Of a stretch of DNA of 21,633 bases, positions 1 to 8,804 are shown one piece after another (the first letter of the stretch is position 1; each line of letters begins with the position of its first letter). Under the pieces are notes generated by a model. It searched no databases, was not told the DNA's origin, and saw only the letters and a program-made list of their open reading frames with translations. The DNA lies in assembly GCA_035285125.1 (NCBI GenBank), contig JAYKHR010000151.1:1-21633 (forward strand). Reading direction: 5' to 3'. The DNA comes from Candidatus Sericytochromatia bacterium. Lineage in GTDB: Bacteria; Cyanobacteriota; Sericytochromatia; S15B-MN24; JAQBPE01. The position numbers and the translations under genes were made by a program.

Positions 1-58
1 GGAAAGTTTGGTGGCCACGGGTCTGAGGGCCTAAAATGGTGGGCAGAGGGAGGGCGTC

Positions 59-1234
59 ATGGCCGCAACCCACGGTCGGAAGCACGGGCTGTCGGCAGCG
101 CTGAGCTTTTCGTTAGGCCTTGTCGCGGCTGCAGGGGCGGCACCCGTTGGGGCTGCGGCTCCCCCCGCCTACAGGCTCGCCCCTGCCTACCCCCACCTGA
201 CGTTCACGCAGCCCACCGACCTTCAGCGCGCGCCCGGGGTGCCCGATCGCCTCTTTGTGGTCGAGCAGGCAGGGCGCATCCGCTCCTTCTCCACCCGGGG
301 CGAGCCCACCGCCGCGCCCGTCTGCCTCGACCTCACGGACCGGGTTGCGGCGGGTGGAGAGATGGGCCTGCTCGGCCTCGCCTTCCACCCACGCTTTGCC
401 ACGCGCCGGACGCTCTACCTGAACTACACGGCCGACGCCCCCCGGCGCACGCGCATCTCCCGCTTTCGGGCTGCCAACGGACCGGGGACGGCCATCGAGC
501 CGGCCAGCGAGCAGGTCCTGCTCAGCATCCCGCAGCCCTACGCGAACCACAATGGGGGGCAGCTGGCCTTCGGACCCGACGGGAAGCTTTACATCGCCAC
601 CGGCGACGGCGGCTCGCGCGATGATCCGCACGGCCACGGGCAGCGGCTCGACACCCTGCTCGGCAAGGTGCTGCGCCTGGACGTTGACCGCCCCGGCGCG
701 GGGGCTGCCTACGGCGTGCCGCCCGACAACCCCTTCGTGGGACGGCCGGGCGCGCGACCGGAGATCTGGGCCTATGGCCTGCGCAACCCCTGGCGGATGG
801 CCTTCGACCCGGCGACGGGGGCGCTCTGGGCGGGCGACGTGGGGCAGGACCGCTGGGAGGAGGTCGACCACGTCGTGCGCGGGGGGAACCACGGCTGGAA
901 CGTGATGGAGGGCGATCGGTGCCGCGAGGGCACGGGTTGTGACCCGTCCCGCTACGTCGCGCCCGTCGCCACTTACGGCCACGACCAGGGACAGTCCGTC
1001 ACGGGCGGCCTGGTCTACCGCGGCAGGGCCCTGCCGGGCCTGTGGGGGCACTACCTCTATGCCGACTTCGCCTCCGGGCGGCTCTGGGCGCTGGACCCGG
1101 TGGGCGCGCACCCGGAGCCCCGCAGGCTGCTCGACACCGGGCTGATGCCGAGCACCTTCGGGCTGGACGCGGACGGGGAGGTGCTGCTCGCGGATTACGG
1201 CAGTGGGCGGCTGTTTCGGCTGGTGGGGCGGTGA
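59..1234 (+). CDS. Secreted PQQ-dependent sugar (glucose/sorbosone, GSDH-family) dehydrogenase, beta-propeller
   Basis: N-terminal signal peptide. Family motifs GEMGLLGLAFHP, HNGGQLAFGPDGKLYIATGDGG, LLGKVLRLD, EIWAYGLRNPWRMAFD, GDVGQDRWEEVD, SVTGG. GGAGG RBS and a TAAAAT -10-like hexamer (32-37) upstream. Confidence 0.9.
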   Translation: MAATHGRKHGLSAALSFSLGLVAAAGAAPVGAAAPPAYRLAPAYPHLTFTQPTDLQRAPGVPDRLFVVEQAGRIRSFSTRGEPTAAPVCLDLTDRVAAGGEMGLLGLAFHPRFATRRTLYLNYTADAPRRTRISRFRAANGPGTAIEPASEQVLLSIPQPYANHNGGQLAFGPDGKLYIATGDGGSRDDPHGHGQRLDTLLGKVLRLDVDRPGAGAAYGVPPDNPFVGRPGARPEIWAYGLRNPWRMAFDPATGALWAGDVGQDRWEEVDHVVRGGNHGWNVMEGDRCREGTGCDPSRYVAPVATYGHDQGQSVTGGLVYRGRALPGLWGHYLYADFASGRLWALDPVGAHPEPRRLLDTGLMPSTFGLDADGEVLLADYGSGRLFRLVGR

Positions 1235-1280
1235 GGGTGACGCCGGGCTGAGGTCGACCGCCGCCCCGCGCCCCCGCAGG

Positions 1281-1289
1281 TGCTAGAAT
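1281..1289 (+). promoter_or_regulatory. Extended -10 promoter element (TGcTAGAAT) for mfd
   Basis: Matches TGnTAnnAT, is AT-rich in a GC-rich background and lies 35 nt upstream of ATG 1325. This argues that the GTG at 1280 is not the start. Confidence 0.6.
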
Positions 1290-1324
1290 GGACGGCCCGC
1301 CCTCCCTTCCGCTCGTTCGCGCCC

Positions 1325-4300
1325 ATGTCCCTCCGCTACCTGAAACACTGGCTCGACGCTGCCGGCCTCCCCGCCCGCGCGCAGGCCCTCTGGGCCGCCC
1401 AACCGGCCGAGCCGATCGCCGTCAGCGGCGTCGCGGAGCCCGGCCGGCCCCTCCTCACAGCGGCCCTCGCCGCCAAGCTGCCGGGCGGCCTCGTCGTCAC
1501 GCGCGACGCCGAGCATGCCCGCCGCTGGCTCGCGGAACTCGAGAGCTTCGGGCAGGACGCCTGGTACTTCCCAGGCCTCGAGACCTCTCCATATGAGGGG
1601 GTGTCTCCCGAGGACGAGCTGATGTCCCAGCGACAGGCCTGCCTCTCGGCCCTCGTCGGGGGGGAGGCGACGTGGATCGTGACGACGGCCAAGGGGCTCG
1701 CCCAGCGCCTGCCCCGGCCTGAAGACTGGGGCTCCGCGGCCCGGACGCTGCGGGTGGGCGAGGCGATCGCCCCCACCGCCCTCGTCGGCCACCTGGTGCG
1801 TCTCGGCTACCGCCCTGCGGCGGAGGTCTCGGCCCGCGGCGAGTTTTCGCGCCGCGGCGAGATCCTCGACCTCTTCCCGCCGCACCTCGACACGCCCGTC
1901 CGCATCGAGTTCTTCGACGAAGAGATCGAGCGGATGCGCGGCTTCGACCCGGACTCGCAGCGCAGCGGCGACGCGCTGAACGCCTTTACGCTCTACCCGA
2001 CGCGCGCCCTGGTCCTGCCCGAGACGGGTTGGCCGGCCATCGAGGCCCGCATCCGCGAGGCCTTCACGGCCGCGCAGAAGAAGCTCAGCTTCGTGGCCGG
2101 CCGCCTCAAGGCCAGGACGGACCAGGACCTCTCCCGCTTTGCCTCCTTTGGCTACTTCGAGGGCTGCGAGGCTTACGCGCCCTTCGTCTACGCCCGGATG
2201 GGCACCCTCGCCGACTACCTCCCGACCGGTTCAGCGCTGGTCTGGGATGACCGCGAGCACCTGTTCGGCGACCTCACGAAGTGGATCACGGCCCAGGACG
2301 CCGCCCTGAAGCGCGCCGTCGAGGCGGGTGACATGATCCCGCTGCCCTACGGCCTGCATGTCGATGCGGCCACGCTGGCGCTGCTCGGTGACGGCCGGCC
2401 GCAGCTCGACTTCACGGGCCGCAGTGGTGGCGGCCTGGTCTTCGATGCCCCGGCGGCCCCGCGCTTTCACAGCGACTTCGACCAGATCGCCATCCGCATC
2501 AACGCGTGGCAGCACGCGGGCGAGCGCGTCGTCATCGTCACGAGCCAGCCGCAGCGCGCCTTCGCCATCCTCGACGAGCGCGGCGTCAACGCGGCCCTCG
2601 CCACCCCGCCGGAGGACCCCGCGGGCACGGTCGGCGGCGTCTGGGTCGTGCGCGACGCCCTCGGGGCGGGCCTCACCGTCCCCTCGCTGCGCCTCGTGGT
2701 GCTGACGGACCTCGAGCTCTTCGGCCAGCAGCGCCGGGCGAGCGCCAAGCACCACAAGAAGTTCAGCTACCAGGGCGCCTCCTTCGCAAGCGCCGCGGAG
2801 CTCAAGCCCGGCGACCACGTCGTCCACGCCAAGCACGGCATCGGGCGCTTCGTCGGCCTCACGCGCCTCGCCGTCGACGGGCAGGAACGCGAGTACCTCG
2901 GGCTCGTCTACCACAACGAGGACAAGCTCTACGTCCCCGTCGATCAGGTCAACCTGCTCCACCGCTACCGTGCCGCCGGCGACGGCGCCGCGCCCAAGCT
3001 CCACAAGATGGGCGGCGTCGAGTGGGAGAACACCAAGAAGCGCGTCAAGAAGGGCCTCAAGGAGCTGGCCGACGACCTCGTCAAGCTCTACGCCGCCCGC
3101 GCGAGCCTCGACGGCTACGCCTTCCCGGCCGACACCATCTGGCAGCGGGAGCTGGAGGAGGCCTTCCCGTACGAGCCCACCATCGACCAGGCCAAGGCCA
3201 TCGAGGAGACCAAGCGCGACATGGAGCGCCCCCGGCCGATGGACCGCCTCGTCTGCGGCGACGTCGGCTTCGGCAAGACCGAGGTCGCCCTGCGCGCGGC
3301 CTTCAAGGCGATCATGGCCGGCAAGCAGGTGGCCCTGCTCGCGCCCACGACGGTGCTGGCCCAGCAGCACTACATGGTGTTCCGCGAGCGCTTCGCGCCC
3401 TACCCCGTGCGCGTCGGACTGCTCTCGCGCTTCCGCACGCCCAAGGAGCAGCGCGACGTCGTCGCCAAGCTCAAGACGGGCGAGATCGACCTCGTCGTGG
3501 GCACGCACCGCGTGCTCGGCAAGGACCTCGGCTTCAAGGACCTCGGCCTCGTCGTCATCGACGAGGAGCACCGCTTCGGCGTCGCCAACAAGGAGCGCCT
3601 GAAGCAGGTGAAGCGGCTCGTGGACGTGCTCACGATGAGCGCCACGCCCATCCCGCGCACGCTGTACATGGCCCTGTCCGGCGCCCGCGACATGAGCCTC
3701 ATCGCGACGCCGCCGATGAACCGGCAGCCCGTGAAGACCTTCGTCGGCCCCTACGACCCGGACACCGTCCGCGCCGCCGTCCTGCACGAGCTCGAGCGCG
3801 GCGGGCAGGTCTTCTTCCTGCATAACCGCGTGGAGTCCATCTTGCAGATCGCCGCCGAGCTCAACGGCCTCGTGCCCGAGGCGCGGGTGCGGGTGGCCCA
3901 CGGCCAGATGTCGGAGGACGACCTGGAAGACATCATGCTTGCCTTCAAGGCCGGCGAGTTCGACATCCTGCTGTGCACCACCATCATCGAGAGCGGCCTC
4001 GATATCCCGCGCGCCAACACGATGATCATCGACGACGCCGACCGCCTCGGCCTCGCGCAGCTCTACCAGCTGCGCGGCCGCGTGGGCCGCTCCGAGACCA
4101 AGGCCTACTGCCACTGCTTCTACAAGCCGGGCAAGCAGCTCACGGACGAGGCCCGCGATCGGCTCGCCGCCATCCAGCAGTTCACGGCGCTGGGCTCGGG
4201 CTACCAGATCGCCATGCGAGACCTGGAGATCCGCGGCGTCGGCAACCTGCTCGGCGCCGAGCAGCACGGCCACAGGGTGACGGTGGGCTTCGACCTCTAC

Positions 4301-4807
4301 ACGCGGCTGCTGGAAGAGAGCATCGAGGAGGCCCGCGGGCACGCCGTCGAGGCCGCCGCCGAGCCCACGACGGTGGACCTGCACGTCTCGGCCTTCATCC
4401 CCGACGACTGGCTCGGCGAGGGCGGCGACAAGATGGCGCAGTACCGCAGGCTCGCCGGCGTCTCGTCCGAGCGCGAGCTGGAGATCCTGGAGGCCGAGTG
4501 GAAGGATCGCTTCGGGGCCTTGCCCACCAGCGTCCGCAACCTGCTGCGGGTGGTGCGCCTCAAGCTGCTGGCGACGGAGCTCGGCCTCACGGCCATCCGC
4601 TCCGACACCAAGTTCATCCGCGTGCAGGGCGCCGTCCCGGCCTCGGCCTTCTACAAGGCGCAGGCTGGCGACAGGGGGCTCGTGAACTGGAAGTTCACGC
4701 CGGCTGAGCTGCAGCTCGATCGCACCCGCCTGCTGCCCGACGAGCAACTCGTCGCCCTCGAGAAGCTGCTGACCCCGCTCACGGCGAGCCTCGCCGCCCG
4801 CGCCTGA
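1325..4807 (+). CDS. mfd: Transcription-repair coupling factor Mfd
   Basis: UvrB-homology region (GEFSRRGEILDLFP, PVRIEFFDEEIE), CarD/RID domain (GDHVVHAKHGIGRF, LYVPVDQ), Walker A CGDVGFGKTEV, DEEHRFG, MSATPIPRTL, GLAQLYQLRGRVGRS, DLEIRG and a C-terminal TRCF domain. Start set at ATG 1325 (ORF track gives 1280). Confidence 0.98.
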   Translation: MSLRYLKHWLDAAGLPARAQALWAAQPAEPIAVSGVAEPGRPLLTAALAAKLPGGLVVTRDAEHARRWLAELESFGQDAWYFPGLETSPYEGVSPEDELMSQRQACLSALVGGEATWIVTTAKGLAQRLPRPEDWGSAARTLRVGEAIAPTALVGHLVRLGYRPAAEVSARGEFSRRGEILDLFPPHLDTPVRIEFFDEEIERMRGFDPDSQRSGDALNAFTLYPTRALVLPETGWPAIEARIREAFTAAQKKLSFVAGRLKARTDQDLSRFASFGYFEGCEAYAPFVYARMGTLADYLPTGSALVWDDREHLFGDLTKWITAQDAALKRAVEAGDMIPLPYGLHVDAATLALLGDGRPQLDFTGRSGGGLVFDAPAAPRFHSDFDQIAIRINAWQHAGERVVIVTSQPQRAFAILDERGVNAALATPPEDPAGTVGGVWVVRDALGAGLTVPSLRLVVLTDLELFGQQRRASAKHHKKFSYQGASFASAAELKPGDHVVHAKHGIGRFVGLTRLAVDGQEREYLGLVYHNEDKLYVPVDQVNLLHRYRAAGDGAAPKLHKMGGVEWENTKKRVKKGLKELADDLVKLYAARASLDGYAFPADTIWQRELEEAFPYEPTIDQAKAIEETKRDMERPRPMDRLVCGDVGFGKTEVALRAAFKAIMAGKQVALLAPTTVLAQQHYMVFRERFAPYPVRVGLLSRFRTPKEQRDVVAKLKTGEIDLVVGTHRVLGKDLGFKDLGLVVIDEEHRFGVANKERLKQVKRLVDVLTMSATPIPRTLYMALSGARDMSLIATPPMNRQPVKTFVGPYDPDTVRAAVLHELERGGQVFFLHNRVESILQIAAELNGLVPEARVRVAHGQMSEDDLEDIMLAFKAGEFDILLCTTIIESGLDIPRANTMIIDDADRLGLAQLYQLRGRVGRSETKAYCHCFYKPGKQLTDEARDRLAAIQQFTALGSGYQIAMRDLEIRGVGNLLGAEQHGHRVTVGFDLYTRLLEESIEEARGHAVEAAAEPTTVDLHVSAFIPDDWLGEGGDKMAQYRRLAGVSSERELEILEAEWKDRFGALPTSVRNLLRVVRLKLLATELGLTAIRSDTKFIRVQGAVPASAFYKAQAGDRGLVNWKFTPAELQLDRTRLLPDEQLVALEKLLTPLTASLAARA

Positions 4808-4819
4808 AGGAGCCCCCGC

Positions 4820-5926
4820 TTGGAACCGACCGAGACCCCCGCCTCGACCCTCCCGCCAGGCGACGCGCCCCAGCTCGAGGGGGCCGCGGCCCCCGAGGAG
4901 GTCGTTGCCCCGGCCGAGACGCCGGCCGCCGCGCGCAAGCGGGCGCTGCTCGGGTTGCTGGCCGCGACCGTCATCGGGGCCACCGCCGTGGGCCTCGCCC
5001 GCTGGGCCGAGGGCCGCGGGGGCAGCGTCGCCACGGTGGAGGGCATCCGCGTGCCCCGGGCGGCCTACGTCGAGATCTTCGACCGCGCCCGCACCCGCTA
5101 TGGCAAGCGCTTCAGCGTCGACTTCGGCAGCCCGGCGGGGCAGCAGGTCGAGGCGGACCTGCGCACCTCCGTCGTGCGCGAGCTCGTCGACCGCGAACTC
5201 ATCCGGCAGGAGGCCGAGCGCCGGGGCGTGGTGCTGCCCGTGGGGGCGGCCGAGGCCGAGATCACCAGGGCACGCAAGACCTACCCGAAGCCGGAGATGT
5301 TCGAGCAGATGCTCGCAGAGCAGGGCGGCACCGTCGAGGGCCTGCGCACGCAGATCGAGTCGGGCCTGCGCGCCGAGGCGCTGGCGGCGGCGATCGGGGG
5401 AGCCAGCGAGCCCTCGGCCCCTGAGGTGCGGGCGTACTTCGACGCCAACCGCGCCATGTACCGCCGCCCCGAGGAGGTGCACGCCCGTCACATCCTCGTG
5501 AAGGACGAGGCCCTCGCCCGGCGCCTGGCCGACGAGCTGGCCGTGGGAGGTAACTTCGCCACCCTGGCGGGCGAGCACTCCACCGACCCGGGCAGCGGCT
5601 CGCGCGGGGGGGACCTCGGGTTCTTCGGGCGGGGCCGCATGGTCAAGCCCTTCGAGGAGGCCGCCTTTGCGCTGAAGCCCGGTCAGCTGTCGAAGCCCGT
5701 CAAGAGCCAGTTCGGCTGGCACCTGATCAAGGTCGAAGAGCGACGCGCGGAGCGGGCCGTCGGCTTCGAGGAGGTGCGGGCCGAGATCACCCGGCGCCTC
5801 GCCGACCAGCGCCGCAAGGCGGCCTTCGAGGCCTGGCTGGCACAGCGGCGCAAGGCCGCCGCCATCACCTACGCCGAGGGCTTCGCGCCGGCCGGGGGGG
5901 CCGGGGACGGGCACGGGGGGCATTAG
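4820..5926 (+). CDS. PpiC/parvulin-type peptidyl-prolyl isomerase foldase (PrsA/SurA-like), single N-terminal membrane anchor
   Basis: TTG start after an AAGGAG RBS overlapping the mfd stop. Hydrophobic anchor, SurA-N-like region (VATVEG...ELVDRELIRQEAERRG) and rotamase motifs VHARHILV, FATLAGEHSTDPGS, GGDLGFF, MVKPFEEAAFAL, PVKSQFGWHLIKV. Confidence 0.92.
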   Translation: MEPTETPASTLPPGDAPQLEGAAAPEEVVAPAETPAAARKRALLGLLAATVIGATAVGLARWAEGRGGSVATVEGIRVPRAAYVEIFDRARTRYGKRFSVDFGSPAGQQVEADLRTSVVRELVDRELIRQEAERRGVVLPVGAAEAEITRARKTYPKPEMFEQMLAEQGGTVEGLRTQIESGLRAEALAAAIGGASEPSAPEVRAYFDANRAMYRRPEEVHARHILVKDEALARRLADELAVGGNFATLAGEHSTDPGSGSRGGDLGFFGRGRMVKPFEEAAFALKPGQLSKPVKSQFGWHLIKVEERRAERAVGFEEVRAEITRRLADQRRKAAFEAWLAQRRKAAAITYAEGFAPAGGAGDGHGGH

Positions 5927-6148
5927 GCGGCAGCTGCCGCGCCAGGCTGAATCGAGGCTCGTCCCCTGTTCACCCCATCCCCCAAACGGGAACTCTGGGT
6001 GGGCTCTGTGAACCCACCCACCCTGCCGACCGCAGGTCCCCGCCCCGCGGGTAGCCGTCGCGCGAACGGCCGTGGTTCACTGGAGGGTGGCAGACGCCGC
6101 AAGGCGCCCGCCACCCTTCGCCCTCTTCGGTCCAGCGGAGCGGCCCCC
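5927..6148. other. Highly structured intergenic spacer (candidate cis-regulatory RNA/ncRNA or terminator array)
   Basis: Perfect 14-bp palindrome at 5927-5940 and hairpins at 5996-6020, 6022-6036, 6054-6070 and 6082-6119 (GCAA loop), plus alternative long-range pairings. I recognise no RNA family. Confidence 0.4.
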
Positions 6149-7603
6149 ATGCCTCACGCCATCACCATCGTCGGGCTCGGCCCCGGCGACCCCGATCTCC
6201 TCACCGTCGCGGCAGAGCGCGCCCTCAAGGCGGCGCCCCGGCTGTTCCTGCGCACGGAGCGGCACCCCACGGTGGCCTGCCTGCACGACTGGGGCAAGCC
6301 CTACACGGCCCTCGACGGCCTCTACGACGCCGCGACCGAGTTCGACTCCCTCTACGACCACATCGTGGCCACGCTGGTGGCAGAGGCCGAGGCGGGACCC
6401 GTCTGTTACGCCGTGCCGGGGCACCCCCTCGTGGCGGAGTCCACCGTGCAGCGTCTGCTTCAGCGGGAGGGCCTGACCGTGACGGTGCTGCCCGGGCTGT
6501 CCGGCGTGGAGGCCACCTACGCGCTGATCGGCGTCGACCCCACGCACGGCATGCAGCTGCTCGACGCCCTGCGGCTCGATGAGCAGCGCGTCGACCCGGC
6601 CCTGGGCGCCCTCGTGGTGCAGGTCTACAACAAGCGCGTCGCAAGCCAGGCCAAGCTGGCGCTGATGCGCTTCTTCCCGGACGACCACCCCGTGAAGCTC
6701 GTGCGCGCGGCCTCCGTGCCGGGCGAGGAGCGCGTCGTCGACTGCCCGCTGTATGAGGTCGATCGCCACCCGGAGGTGATCGACCACCTGACGAGCCTCT
6801 ACCTGCCGCCCGCCCCGCCCGTCGGGCTGGAGCGCCTGCGCGGCATCGTCGCCCGGCTGCGCAGCCCCGGCGGCTGCCCGTGGGATCTCGAGCAGACGCA
6901 CGAGTCGCTGCGGCGGTTCCTGCTGGAGGAGGCCTACGAGGCCGTCGAGGCGATCGACGCCGACGACGAGGGCGCGCTGTGTGAGGAGCTAGGCGACGTG
7001 CTGCTTCAGGTTTACCTGCACGCCCGCATCGCCGAGGAGCGTGAGGCCTTCGACCTCGACGAGGTGGCCGAGACCCTCGCCGACAAGCTGGTCTTCCGCC
7101 ACCCCCACGTGTTCGGGAGCGACACCGTCTCGGGTTCCGACGAGGTCCTCGCCAACTGGGACGTGCTCAAGCAGGCCGAGAAGGCCGCAGCCGGCGTTGA
7201 GGAGGAGAGCCGGCTGGGCAAGGTGCCCCCGATGGCGGCGCTGAGCTACGCCGAGAAGGTGATGGGGCGAGCCGCCAAGGCCGGCTTCGATTGGCCCTCG
7301 CTGCCGGAGGCGCTCGCCAAGGTGGACGAGGAGTGGGCGGAGCTGCGCGCCGCGATCGCCAGCGGCGGCGAGGAGGCCACCTTCCACGAGCTGGGCGACT
7401 TCTTCTACGCCCTCGTGAACGTCTCTCGGCGCCTGAAGGTCGACCCCGAGGACGCCCTGCGCCAGGGCGTGCGCCGCTTCGTCGCCCGCTTCCACGCCAT
7501 GGAGGCCCTTGTGGCTGAGCGAGGGGGGGACTGGGACGCGCTGTCGCTCGACGCCCGGAAGGCCCTCTGGGCCGAGGCCAAGGGGCTGCTCGCCGCCCGC
7601 TGA
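6149..7603 (+). CDS. mazG: Tetrapyrrole-methylase/MazG nucleoside triphosphate pyrophosphohydrolase fusion (YabN-type)
   Basis: N-terminal ITIVGLGPGD, LRTERHP and YAVPGHPLVAE (methylase-like domain). MazG motifs LRSPGGCPWDLEQTHESL, EEAYE, EELGDVLLQV, KLVFRHPHVF, then a second domain with GFDW and ELGD. ATG 6149 with a GGAG RBS (ORF-track start 5999 is too far upstream). Confidence 0.95.
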   Translation: MPHAITIVGLGPGDPDLLTVAAERALKAAPRLFLRTERHPTVACLHDWGKPYTALDGLYDAATEFDSLYDHIVATLVAEAEAGPVCYAVPGHPLVAESTVQRLLQREGLTVTVLPGLSGVEATYALIGVDPTHGMQLLDALRLDEQRVDPALGALVVQVYNKRVASQAKLALMRFFPDDHPVKLVRAASVPGEERVVDCPLYEVDRHPEVIDHLTSLYLPPAPPVGLERLRGIVARLRSPGGCPWDLEQTHESLRRFLLEEAYEAVEAIDADDEGALCEELGDVLLQVYLHARIAEEREAFDLDEVAETLADKLVFRHPHVFGSDTVSGSDEVLANWDVLKQAEKAAAGVEEESRLGKVPPMAALSYAEKVMGRAAKAGFDWPSLPEALAKVDEEWAELRAAIASGGEEATFHELGDFFYALVNVSRRLKVDPEDALRQGVRRFVARFHAMEALVAERGGDWDALSLDARKALWAEAKGLLAAR

Positions 7604-7610
7604 CGCTGCC

Positions 7611-8672
7611 TCAGGTGGCCCCTGCTGGCGGCGGCGCGCCCTCGGCGATGCGCCGGATGATGGCGGCCTCGTCGCAGCTCCAAGGGTCCACGCCCGTGTA
7701 GCTGCCCGTGTTCACGTACGCCACGCCGTTGCTGCGGCGGCAGAAGCCCCGGTCGGGGCACGCCGCGCAGGTGGGGTAGTCGGCGAGCGAGAGGCCCCGG
7801 ATGCGGTTCAGCACCGGGGAGGTGCGCCACACGTGCTGGAACCCGCCGTCTCGCACGTTCCCTGCCACCACGGGGGCCGCGATGCAGGGGTAGACGTCGC
7901 CGTTGGCGGCCACGGCCACCACTCCGCGGGCGCACGAGCACTGCATGTCGGCGTCCTGCCGGCAGGTGGGGGTGCCGAGAGCGTCCGCGAGCGGGCCCCG
8001 GTAGAGCGCCTCCAGCGTTTCAGGCTCCACGCGGTGCCCCAGGGAGCTGCGCGAGCCGTCGTAGCGGGCCGAAATCTGGGGGTCGAGCGTGTGCCGCAGG
8101 CCCTCGGCCTCGGCGAGGGCCATCATCGCGCCGACCTCGCCAGCGTTCTCGCGGGTGATGCAGAAGCTGAGCGTGACGCGCAGCCCGGCATCGCGGGCTG
8201 CCCTGGCGCCCTCCAGCGTCCGGCGGTGGCTGCCGGCCACGGTCGTGAGGGCGTCATGGGTGGCGGCGCTCGCCCCGTACACGCTGACGTCCAGGGCGTA
8301 GACCCCGGCCTCGTGCAGCTGCCGTGCCCGCGTGGCGTCGAGCGCGACGCCGTTCGACTTCAGCCTCACGGCGCACATGTGGCGTCGGGCGTGGCGGATG
8401 AGGTCCATCAGGTGGGGGTGCAGCAGGGCCTCGCCACCCGTGAAGCAAACCTCCAGGCACCCCTCGGCCACGAGCGCGTCGATGATGGCGCGCCACTCGT
8501 CCGGCGCGAGGCCGTCTGCCTCGGGGGGCGGGCCGCTGCGGTCGAAGTTGTAGCAATGCGTGCAGCGCAAGTTGCACCGCAGCGTCAACTCCAGCGACGC
8601 GAAGAGCGGCGTGTGCCGGCTGTAGGCCTCGACGACGAGGGGGATGTCTGCGAGGGAGGGGGTGTCGTGCAT
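7611..8672 (-). CDS. Radical SAM protein with C-terminal SPASM domain (353 aa)
   Basis: ELTLRCNLRCTHCY (CxxxCxxC), FTGGEALL, KSNG, VSVYG...THD and a SPASM region C-X12-G-X4-C...CxxC-X5-C...C. It is the C-terminal part of ORF 7611..9887. Start ATG 8672 lies downstream of a TACAAT hexamer. Confidence 0.92.
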   Translation of the reverse strand: MHDTPSLADIPLVVEAYSRHTPLFASLELTLRCNLRCTHCYNFDRSGPPPEADGLAPDEWRAIIDALVAEGCLEVCFTGGEALLHPHLMDLIRHARRHMCAVRLKSNGVALDATRARQLHEAGVYALDVSVYGASAATHDALTTVAGSHRRTLEGARAARDAGLRVTLSFCITRENAGEVGAMMALAEAEGLRHTLDPQISARYDGSRSSLGHRVEPETLEALYRGPLADALGTPTCRQDADMQCSCARGVVAVAANGDVYPCIAAPVVAGNVRDGGFQHVWRTSPVLNRIRGLSLADYPTCAACPDRGFCRRSNGVAYVNTGSYTGVDPWSCDEAAIIRRIAEGAPPPAGAT

Positions 8673-8702
8673 CGGGTGGTGGGTCGGGCGGGAGGCTTGG
8701 GC

Positions 8703-8761
8703 ATTGTACCCCGGACACGGCGCGGGGGCGGCGAAACCACTACGATGGCGGCGGGTATAGT
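8703..8761. promoter_or_regulatory. Divergent promoter pair: TACAAT (-, 8703-8708) and TATAGT (+, 8756-8761)
   Basis: Near-consensus -10 hexamers pointing at the rSAM gene and the TPR-NHL gene respectively. Confidence 0.5.
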
Positions 8762-8804
8762 GTGGGCGCGCGACCTCCCTGGCTGCGCGCAACTTCGAGG
8801 AACC

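Noticed and set aside
2231..5923. 1230-aa antisense ORF over mfd and the foldase gene
   Set aside because: Shadow ORF expected from extreme GC3 bias. No recognisable domains, and it fully overlaps well-supported genes.
5984..6050. Cobalamin riboswitch (AAACGGGAA...GTCCCCGCC resemblance)
   Set aside because: The GCCACTG core and a properly placed 3' B12 box are missing on the + strand. Only fragments match.
59..8672. rSAM as PqqE supplying PQQ to the dehydrogenase
   Set aside because: No pqqA/B/C/D in the window, the genes are >6 kb apart with housekeeping genes between them, and the SPASM Cys pattern does not specifically indicate PqqE.
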